This document shows, in pieces, positions 1 through 7,758 of a stretch of 9,419 nt of DNA. Under the pieces are notes generated by a model, which did no database searches, was not told where the DNA came from, and was given only the letters and a program-made list of their open reading frames with translations. Position 1 is the first letter of the stretch; the number at the start of each line of letters is the position of its first letter. The stretch is from contig JBJCIZ010001414.1 in assembly GCA_051294375.1 (NCBI GenBank), forward strand, positions 1 through 9,419, read 5' to 3'. Made by a program: the position numbers and the translations under genes. Source of the stretch: Paraspadella gotoi. Lineage: Eukaryota > Animalia > Chaetognatha.

Positions 1-288
1 AGTTAAAAAAAATTGAAGCTCAATCTATACTCCAACCATGATTAAATTAGAGTACTTATTGGTTAAAATAAGTAAAATATTTTTAGTAAATTGCGACTTA
101 TGTTTTTTTTTTTCCACTTAAAACGTCATTTCCCACCTCAACTACAATCCATCGAAACTTTATAATCCAACACTTTATCAGCACACTTTCCTACCCCCAC
201 ACAAAATTTCATTCCGATCGCAATCCAACGGGCAGCCAATCACGAGTTATTGGAGGCCTTTTTGCCTAAGTGGGACGGATGGACGGAT
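1..288. mobile_element. Partial non-autonomous Helentron/DINE-1-like (HINE-type) element: internal repeat unit ending in a GGAC/GGAT microsatellite
   Basis: 200-288 (aaaatttcattccgatcgcaatcc...ccaatcacgagttattggaggcctttttgcctaagtgggacggatggacgga) aligns by eye with about 1605-1691 (aaaattttatttcaatgacgcaatc...ccaatcactgagtaattagaagtttttttgctaaggtgggacggacggacgga). 38-93 aligns with about 4915-4976. The family call is inferred from architecture. Confidence 0.55.
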
Positions 289-290
289 TT

Positions 291-368
291 GATTTGACTG
301 ATTAATTAATTATTGATTAATTAATTGACTAATTGATTATTAACTGAATTAATTATTTGAATTTATTA
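291..368. repeat. (TAAT/TGAT)n microsatellite-like tract
   Basis: gactgattaattaattattgattaattaattgactaattgattattaactgaattaattatttg. Confidence 0.8.
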
Positions 369-439
369 AAATACATCCCCCTGCATATACATTTAATATA
401 AGGAAAAAGAATGCATAATCAACTTTAGTAGAAACAGGT

Positions 440-575
440 TTTTTGTTTTTTTCCCATTTAAACATCATTCCACTCAAAAGATTCCACGAAACTTGGTTTC
501 CTTTTCAAAATCACATATGTAGGTGACACTTTTCTACTCAACATACAAATTTTCCAGGTCAATCGATAATTTTAG
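440..575. repeat. Degenerate copy of the about 170-200 bp internal repeat unit
   Basis: Shares ordered motifs with 103-220 and 1315-1437: tttttttcccatttaaac-atcattccactc...attccacgaaactt...cacttttctac...acaaattttccaggtcaatcg. Confidence 0.6.
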
Positions 576-589
576 TGGTAATAAGCCAA

Positions 590-951
590 CTTGGTCAAAC
601 TGCATAATTTAATCAACTTGCATAATTTGGTCAAATCTGACATAATTTGGTTAAACTGACATAATTTGGTCTACTGACATAATTTAGTCAACCTGACATA
701 ATTTTGGTCAACTGACATAATTTGATTCATTAAAATAATTTGGTCACTGGCCATAAAATTTTTATCAACTGGCTTAATTTGGTCAATCTTGGCTATAATT
801 TGGTCAAAACAGGCATAAATTTAAAGGTCAGACTTTTGCAGAACTTGATCAACTTGCAGAATTTGTCAACTGGCATAATTTGGTCAGCTTTAAGAAAATT
901 TGGTCAACTGGGCATAATCTTTTTGATTTAAAAATTGGCATAATTTTGGTT
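590..951. repeat. Minisatellite, 19-20 bp unit (consensus about CATAATTTGGTCAA(A/C)CTG(A/G)), about 18 degenerate copies
   Basis: Head-to-tail copies such as cataatttggtcaaatctga / cataatttggttaaactga / cataatttggtctactga / cataatttagtcaacctga, with no unique spacers. Explains ORF 740..931. Confidence 0.92.
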
Positions 952-965
952 TTTTTCAATGACAA

Positions 966-1030
966 TAATCAATAGATTCAATCAATCAATCCAAAAATCA
1001 ATCAATCGCAATCAAATCAATCAATCAATC
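966..1030. repeat. (CAAT)n microsatellite
   Basis: aatcaatagattcaatcaatcaatcc...aatcaatcaatcgcaatcaaatcaatcaatcaatc. Confidence 0.85.
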
Positions 1031-1074
1031 AGAGAGAAAATAGAGAGAGAAAAACTTTATAAAAATTTCAATAA

Positions 1075-1863
1075 ATGTGTTTTCTTCTAATTTGAAGACT
1101 CTTTTCTACCATTCGGCGCTACGATTCCAGTCCAATACCCCCAAAAATTTAATATCTACAGGCTTTTATCACATACTTTCCTACCCCAGCGATCAGATAC
1201 ATCAAAATTTCATGAATTTAATCTGTTCCAAATTTTTAATTGAAAAAACACATAAATAATATGAGTAAATTATTTAATAGTAAAAATACCTGTTCAAGTA
1301 GAATATTGCCTATTTGTTTTTTTTCCATTTTAATAACCACCGTCATTTTCCACTCGCACGATTCCATCGAGACTTTATATCTCCAGCTTTATCAGCACAG
1401 ATACTGTTCCCTACCGATCAAACCAAATTTCAAAGTCATTGCTCTATAATGCGCACCTCAATTGAGCATTGGGGCGTTCAAATAGTAAATATTTATATTT
1501 TTAGTTTTTTCCATTTTCTCCAATTTCCACTCGGCAGACGCAGCAATTCTCTTCGGAAAGCTTCAATAATCCATTCAATCACAACAGTTTCCCTCCCACA
1601 CAACCGAAAAATTTTATTTCAATGACGCAATCATCCATCCAATCACTGAGTAATTAGAAGTTTTTTTGCTAAGGTGGGACGGACGGACGGAACATCAGTT
1701 TTTTTTTTGCTTAATTTATCATAAATTTCGATGTTCTGGATATGATATAGTGTGTGCCCGAACAAAAAATTGAGGGGGGCGGTCCGACGGACCGGAACAA
1801 AGTGAATTTATAGTAGAGATACGAGTCGGGATCTGCTGATAAGCGAGATCTCGACTATAAAAA
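1075..1863 (+). mobile_element. Non-autonomous Helentron-associated (HINE/DINE-1/pearl-like) element with about 3 tandem internal repeat units, (GGAC)n and a terminal hairpin
   Basis: Repeat units start near 1080, 1320 and 1505 (ttttccattt...tttccactcg...tttatca...tttcc(c)tacc...aaatttca). (GGAC)n lies at 1677-1691 and a perfect palindrome cggtccg-a-cggaccg at 1780-1794. Then aaagtgaatttatagt, then a hairpin agtcgggatct..agatctcgact (1824-1856) followed by an A-run. This order matches described HINE/DINE-1-type ends. The left boundary and the orientation are approximate. Confidence 0.6.
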
Positions 1864-2544
1864 TATAGATTTGATTACAGGATAAAATTGCCTATCGAAT
1901 CAAAACTATTAATTTCTTAAATAAAAAAGTAAAGTTTAACTAAAAAATTAATAAAATAAATAATAAGCTAATTATTATAAATTAAGCAACTATGCTAAAA
2001 TTATTAAAATTAAATTAAATAAATAATATTTTTTTTTTTCACAGCCCTAAGCACTTTTAACCAGTTAAGACCAGAGTAATTTTAGATTAATTTTTTACTG
2101 GGAGAAAAAAAAAAAATATATCGTTAAAGTATTTTGAGCACAATATGCAAATTAATTTTTTTTAAACAAAAAACGATGGTCAAGGAAACAAAAAAACTGC
2201 TTCAAATTTTTTTTTTGAAAAAATATAGAATGGGGGAATAATAGACGCATACCGAGTTTCCATCCACACATTTGCATATGCAGAGAGTCATTCCCATATT
2301 CATATAATTATAGAAGATATGTGCTTCCTGGACTTATGAAGGAAAGCCTAAGACGGTACTGTAAATAAAAAATTTCATGTTGTTAAACGCAGACCGCAAA
2401 TGGACTTTACGCCCACATTGGTTAGTCTATATGAATTCTAACATAATGAAAAAAGAAGAAAAATTTGGCATGCTCTTGAGAACAGAAGAGGATTTTTCAA
2501 AAAATGGTCATAAATTGGAAGTGATAGTTTTTACTTAAGGTTAA

Positions 2545-2897
2545 CAATACGCATAAACCACGTTTGGCAATTTTCTAATTCAAAAAGCGAAAATCTTCGC
2601 TCGTTCATTTGATGGTTATAGTAACTAAGTTTGAGCAACCATGTGCGAGATCTGCCTACGATAATTAATTAATTAATAGATTAATTAATTAAATTAAATT
2701 AATAAATAGTTAATTAAATTATTAATTTTAATAATTAATTATAGAGATATTATATTCAGCGTTGTCATCATCGATGTGCCTTAAAATTGAGTGCAGGACA
2801 GATTATTAAATGTTTTGTTACCATTTTATCAAAACACTACGAAACAATATCGCTCATAAATTATCGAGTCGCAGGCGGCAAAGCCCGTCCTGGCTAG
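2545..2897 (+). mobile_element. 3' part of a non-autonomous Helitron-like element (GC hairpin followed by CTAG)
   Basis: Imperfect hairpin caggcggc-aaa-gcccgtcctg (2872-2892) is followed directly by CTAG (2894-2897). There is an internal TTAA-rich tract. The next base is A rather than the canonical T, and the 5' boundary is a guess. Confidence 0.45.
2661..2742. repeat. (TTAA)n-like AT tract
   Basis: ataattaattaattaatagattaattaattaaattaaattaataaatagttaattaaattattaattttaataattaattat. Confidence 0.85.
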
Positions 2898-3099
2898 ATT
2901 TTGATTCGGTTGAGGCTTTCGGTCGACGCGTTTTTTGCAATCATGGCTTCTGAAAGTGTGATATCATACATAGGGAGTTGAAAATTTCATATATGGCTCT
3001 CTAAGATTCAAGATCTTTAAAATTCTCCATGTTTCATAATGCAATATTCGTTTTTGTTTATGTTTTATATTACAAAACAAAAAAACGTTTTAATTATAT

Positions 3100-3317
3100 G
3101 TCGCTCTCATCTCTCCTGCTTTGCTTTTAAATATAATGTCAGCTCGCATCCCAAGTCTCTCGTCCATCTTTTTCTTCCGTCACTGCTTCTTCTGATGTTG
3201 TCTATCAAAAACGAGTTCCCGCTCTGCAGAGCGTCTGTCCAGTGCCTCTCGTCTCTCGTCTCTCAGTCTCGTCGTCTCTCATCTCTCCCTTTCGTTTGTT
3301 TTTTTTTTTTTTTTTTT
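3100..3317. repeat. CT-rich low-complexity tract ending in poly-T
   Basis: ctctcgtctctcgtctctcagtctcgtcgtctctcatctctccc followed by a long T run to 3317. Confidence 0.75.
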
Positions 3318-3506
3318 ACAAAAATTTTAGATCGATAATATTGGCACCTGAATGTAAAAAACGATACCGCGATACAGGGTGGCGAAACCAGCGTGGTCCT
3401 TTGGATAGAGAAGGAGGCTCACGCCTCACGGTATCGCTACGTCCGGCGCCTATAGGTAACTTTGAGGGTGCTGATTCTTGATAGAGTAAAGGCGGGCCTG
3501 TAAGAG

Positions 3507-3985
3507 CTTCTCTCTTTGTCTCCTCCTCTCCTCTCTTTTTAATTATGTATATACTTATCGGCGTCTTTCTCTCTCCTCTCCATTTTTCTCTGCAGAGCGT
3601 GCTGGTCTCTCTCATATCTCGACTCTTTTTCTCTACGTGTGTGTGTCTGTCCCTCTCTGTGCCGATCTCTCACTTGCGGTGAATCGTTTGTTTTTTGAAA
3701 ATTCTGATTATATTTTTTCCTTCTAAAAAAAACTTTTTTAGTTATTACCTGCAGATTTATTCCGCGCGAATTGTTTTTTCAATACAGAATCCATATTTTT
3801 TTTCATCCGACGATTTTGTTCCTTTGTTTTCAGTGGATTTATTCTCATTTCTCTTTCTCTCTCTTCCGTCTCGTCTTCCTCCTCGTCTGTCTCTCCTCCC
3901 TCACTTTTCTCTCTCTCTCCCTCTCTCATCCATCTCTCTCTCTCTTGTCCATCTCTCCTCGATCTCTCTCCTCCGATTCTTGTCA
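3507..3985. repeat. CT-rich polypyrimidine low-complexity tracts (strongest at 3507-3670 and 3843-3982)
   Basis: Irregular (CT)n/(CCT)n runs. They give rise to the spurious S/L-rich and R/E-rich ORFs 3695..4027, 3738..3986 and 3771..4073. Confidence 0.8.
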
Positions 3986-4023
3986 CTCATTACCAACGGC
4001 ATCTTTTTGTTTGTTTTATTGGA

Positions 4024-4130
4024 CTAATCATCTCGCATGCAATGATGACAATCATGTCGCATGCAGTGAATGACTATCGATCACAGCAGTGAATGACTAT
4101 CATCACAGCAGTGAATGTACTATATCGCAT
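4024..4130. repeat. Short minisatellite, 21-23 bp unit (GCAGTGAATGACTATCATC(A/G)CA), about 4.5 copies
   Basis: gcaatgatgacaatcatgtcgcat / gcagtgaatgactatcgatcaca / gcagtgaatgactatcatcaca / gcagtgaatgtactatatcgcat. Confidence 0.85.
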
Positions 4131-4411
4131 CCATAATTGGATTATCATCGAATTTCAATAATCAAATTCTCCTATTACATCAATAAACAATATTACTGAT
4201 TGACAACAGATACAATCATTAGTTATTTACCTTGCAATCAAAATTACTATTAATCAGATCAAAAAATAATCGTTAGTCGCATGATTCATTCGTTGTTTTT
4301 GATTTTTTTTCCCGGGTTTTTTTTCATTTAAAATTTTCTTTGATAGTGGGGATGGGCACTGGGCCTTCGATCCGCCTTATGAGGTCTTTTAAGATTTTTT
4401 TTAATTTTTAT

Positions 4412-4540
4412 GTCTCCTTCTCTCTCTCTGCTCTATCTACGATTCGTCTCTCTCTTCACTCTCTCATCTTTCCTCTCACTGCTCGTCACTCCTCGTCTCT
4501 AGCTTCACTCTCTCTTTTCTACTCTGCTCTCTCTCTGCTT
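4412..4540. repeat. CT-rich low-complexity tract
   Basis: gtctccttctctctctctgctctatct...ctctgctctctctctgctt. Confidence 0.75.
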
Positions 4541-4699
4541 TTTATGCAATAGCGACGATCGCTTATGCTTTTAAAGATTTTTTTAAACGTGGGGCAATCA
4601 TATTTTAGACTTGCCGCATCATTTTTTAACATTGATTCCGTCAATTAAATTTATATTCTAGGCTTCTTCAACTCACATTTTTTCTAAACTAGGCTCACT

Positions 4700-4976
4700 A
4701 AAAAAATTTCATACTCAATCTAATCATTGGGTTAAAATAAATTAAAAAAGATTCAAGTAAAATGTGTGACGTCATAATTTTTTTTTCATTTAAACTCATT
4801 TCCACTGGTACGCTTTCCACTGAAGAAACTTTATATCAAGCTTCGTGCAACTTTTCCATATACCAGCATACATCAACAAAATTTCAACTCAATCATAATC
4901 CATTACACAATTGAATGATTAATTAGAGTATTTTATTGGTTAAAATAAAAGTAAAAAGAATTTTAGTAAAAATTGT
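4700..4976. repeat. About 1.5 tandem copies of the same internal repeat unit as at 1-220 (Helentron-like element fragment)
   Basis: atgattaattagagtattttattggttaaaataaaagtaaaaagaattttagtaaaaattg (about 4915-4976) matches atgattaaattagagtacttattggttaaaataagtaaaatatttttagtaaattg (38-93). aaaatttca(t)actcaatc recurs at about 4703 and 4878, and ttgg(g)ttaaaataaa at about 4726 and 4936. Confidence 0.75.
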
Positions 4977-5870
4977 CCGAAGGCTTATGAAACATTTGCA
5001 AATTAATTGTTTTCAAACTTATTTTCTATTTTTTTTTCCTATATAATGTTTTAAAAATTATTTTTATTGAAGGATTTAGTATTTAATCTATTATTATTTA
5101 CGATCATAAGCATAATATTGCTTTTCCGTTTTTTTTAAATAATGTTTTTATTATTATAATAATTTAATTTGGGGAAGGGAAGTCCCAAGTGTTATGTCTT
5201 CTGGAAATTAGGAGCGGAGCATTCTATTACACACAAAGGTTAAGATTACTATCTGCCTGTCCTAGTTTTCCTATAGATATCTACAGAACATCATTTCCTC
5301 TGTTAGAAAAGTCATTAATGAATCATAATATCTAGAGGCTGAACAGAAAGGGGTGGGAATGGATAATTTTTTGAGGGGGGAACCCCAACGTTATATAATG
5401 ATTTTTTTTACAATAGGGATAAGAGGACCTAACGAAAATGAGAGAATTGTATGTTCTGATAAGGGATATCATACTGGGGAAGAAGTCTATAGGGGCACTT
5501 TATGTCAATGAAATATAATTTTTAAAAAAAAAATACCTTTAATGAAAATTTTTATTTTTTCTTTATCCCTACTTTTTTATTATTTTTTGTTGATGAAATA
5601 TTTTTTATCTTTTATGTTTTACAAATGGGAAGTCATCAGTTGGGGAACCTATACGCTTTCATGCTTTCATGGATTTCGGCTCTTTATAACGCTATCGGAA
5701 TCGTGCGTTTTTACAACTGTTTTTTACCAGAATTTCTGGCAATCGCATTTGCAATGTGGGTAGTCAGATTTTAACGGAAATCTCTATTAGAAAAATGTTG
5801 AATTTTTTTTAAAGCAAGATTCTCGTCTACATCATTTTGACGTCGCAATTTTTTTTTTATTCAAATCGAG

Positions 5871-6049
5871 GTTCCTCACGGCTTCTACCACCAAAAGCAC
5901 TACTCATTGGGTGACGGAGAAACAAAAGATTACATAAAGACAAAGAAGAAACTGGTAGTTTGGTTTGTTAGTCATTGCAAGACGCAATGCAAGAGAATGG
6001 AATACGTGAACAAGCTTCGTCAGTATATACAAGTCGACATTTATGGAGA
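5871..6049 (+). CDS. Internal exon of a glycosyltransferase family 10 alpha-1,3/1,4-fucosyltransferase (possibly an orphan or pseudo-exon)
   Basis: Translates without stops as VPHGFYHQKHYSLGDGETKDYIKTKKKLVVWFVSHCKTQCKRMEYVNKLRQYIQVDIYG. This fits the GT10 pattern VPYG...K.K.VAWFVS[NH]C....R..YV..L..[YH]I.VD[IV]YG.CG. It ends at a consensus donor GA|GTAAGT (6050, phase 2) just before the expected CG. A T-tract (5849-5858) and AG (5869-5870) precede it, but that acceptor is an atypical GAG. The frame is open from 5841. Confidence 0.88.
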
Positions 6050-6495
6050 GTAAGTACTGAGTAGAGAGAGAAATAGAATTAGATTGATTTCATATGATTT
6101 GATTTATAATGATGAGGTGGGTGTTTTTATGAAATCATAACGTTTGAAGCTATGGTTAAAAATATGGTTAACGATATTTTTAAAGAAGAAAAGATTCGAC
6201 GATTCTGACGTCATAACCATAACCACTCCCAGTGAACCTGGCTTCCCTATCAATGAAGTGGTATAATATTTCAAAGAATGTTTCAATTGTATGAAAAGAC
6301 CACTCCCTTAATATATAAGAACATTAAAACTGACCCATATAAATTTTCTTTTGTAACGATGCAATTATAAAAACTTTAATCATAAGATGCCAACTAACGT
6401 AATTCTTAGGTTTGAAAAAATTAAATATGTTTAATAAACTTATAATTTCAAAAAAAATAAACAAAAAAACCAAGAGGGAAATATTTTAATCAAAA

Positions 6496-7123
6496 TTAAA
6501 CTAAGTAATATGTGATAGTAATACAATTGATTGCATTTTTATCATCGAATGAGATGACTTCAAAAGAAAGCGGCGCTGACGTTACTTCATCAGGATGTAA
6601 TAAGATATGCTGCTTTGTATTTAAACAATAAGTTTTGTCAGTCATATGCGTAAGCAATTCAGCTTCTATTACTCTTTCTCCTTTTCTAAAAAACGCATTA
6701 GTTTGATTGCAGCGCTTATCTATCTTGACTACATGCGCAGGAGATGTTATACGAGCAATTTTTGTATCCGACCAATCAAAATTAACTGCTACAATCGAAC
6801 CTTTCGTTGCAAGATCAGAAAGGGAGGTGGTAAAATCTAGGTTCTCTTCGCTATCACTAGAAATTGGAGATGCAATGGTTTTTTTTTACACCTATTTTAA
6901 TGATTTTGCCTTCGTCCACTTGAGGATTGTAACATCTCTCAAAATCTCCTTTGCAACAGGATAAACATGTAAAACAGCTTCGTTGTCTTATAAAGAGATA
7001 GCCAGGTTCCTTGGTCCCCAGCTGATGAATTTTCCGCGTGCCAGCGACGGGACTGTATTTATTAAGGCGTAATATTGTGATCATCGTCATAGTAACAGTA
7101 TAATTTTTATTTAATTCATTCAA
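6496..7123 (-). pseudogene. C-terminal fragment of a DNA transposase, probably Sola2-like, with one homopolymer frameshift
   Basis: Frame A (ORF 6857..7123) has PVAGTRKIHQL...GYLFIRQRSCFTCLSCCKGDFERCYN. Removing one base from the T9 run at 6879-6887 continues the frame for about 128 codons: TIASPISSDSEENLDFTTSLSDLATKGSIVAVNFDWSDTKIARITSPAHVVKIDKRCNQTNAFFRKGERVIEAELLTHMTDKTYCLNTKQHILLHPDEVTSAPLSFEVISFDDKNAINCITITYYLV, stop at 6498-6496. The GTRxxH + RxxSCxxCxxC...C.N pattern is what I recall from the region downstream of the catalytic core in Sola2-type transposases. The core motifs (SDG..QY, HGKG..DG) were not seen. Confidence 0.62.
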
Positions 7124-7198
7124 TTTTTAGTCAAAGGGAAATGCAGCTATCTGATTCTTTTAACGTCATTCAAGTTTCTTTTAGAGTCAAATCATTAA

Positions 7199-7758
7199 TT
7201 GCATAAAAATATAACCCCCAACATTAATACAAATATGAGAAGAAGGGAAGCGCTCTTTATCTCTCCTAAAATTAAATCCGTTGCGAACAAGAGTCAACGG
7301 AAACCGAAAAGATATCACAAGGGTGATGAGAAATATTTACCAAATGAAATGATATCCTTGTTCGCAATTTAAGAGGGATTTGATCTTTTTTTTCTGTCCT
7401 TTCCTGTGCGTATAATGAATGGAGAAGTCATAGCCGAACTGGTAAAAATTCCTTTATTAAAGGAGGCCCAGAGCGCAAGATTTAAAGCTTTCTCATTAAA
7501 AAATAAAATTCGAAATTTATGGAAAAATGACTTCCAATGTAAAGTAGAGACAATGAGGGGCATCAGTATTTAGGGGAGATCAATGAAAAATTTCCCAATA
7601 ATTATCTCGGTCCTGTTCGCATTGGCAAACAAGGAGATGGAATTTTTTTTCGGGATTTCCCAGACGACCTAGAAAGAATGACCCTAACTCTCGACCATCA
7701 ACGTCCAAAGAGAGGCCCAAACTTATGTTTTTCATTTTTGGTCATTATGTTCCCTTAA
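7199..7758 (+). pseudogene. Possible decayed coding sequence of unknown identity (transposon ORF remnant?)
   Basis: One frame is open over 7199-7570 except for a single TAA (7370-7372). An overlapping frame is open over 7543-7758. The joined product is about 185 aa with ordinary composition, and GC is higher than in the flanks. No family was recognised. Confidence 0.3.

Noticed and set aside
590-951. CRISPR array
   Set aside because: The units are contiguous with no unique spacers, are too short and degenerate, and sit in a eukaryotic context with no cas genes.
740-1625. ORFs 740..931, 1077..1259, 1240..1449 and 1314..1625
   Set aside because: They lie within minisatellite or internal repeat units whose copies do not conserve reading frame.
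3346-3400. Hammerhead ribozyme (GAAACCA-gcg-TGGTC resembles stem III plus a GUC cleavage site)
   Set aside because: There is no correctly placed CUGANGA core (only ctgaatg at 3348), and stems I and II cannot be formed.
3362-3436. tRNA gene (75-nt closed multi-branch fold)
   Set aside because: There is no GTTCRA T-loop, D-loop GG context or 7-nt anticodon loop on either strand.
3039-4552. ORFs 3039..3338, 3242..3481, 3316..3615, 3695..4027, 3738..3986, 3771..4073 and 4340..4552 as genes
   Set aside because: They are open mainly because CT/AG-rich low-complexity DNA lacks stop codons, and no domains are recognisable.
5542-5773. ORF 5542..5763 or an overlapping 49-aa hydrophobic ORF as the fucosyltransferase N-terminal membrane anchor
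   Set aside because: The hydrophobicity follows from T-richness, there are no GT10 N-terminal motifs, and the roughly 150+ residues expected before the recognised exon cannot fit in between.
6298-6311. Kolobok/piggyBac-like end GACCACTCCC-TTAA
   Set aside because: No matching opposite end was found in the window, and it is too short to support alone.
6646-6964. Plus-strand ORFs 6646..6840 and 6707..6964
   Set aside because: They are antisense shadows of the minus-strand transposase fragment.
7013-7056. Hammerhead core CTGATGA at 7022-7028
   Set aside because: No stem II or GAAA follows, and the bases are the antisense of the IHQL codons in the transposase fragment.
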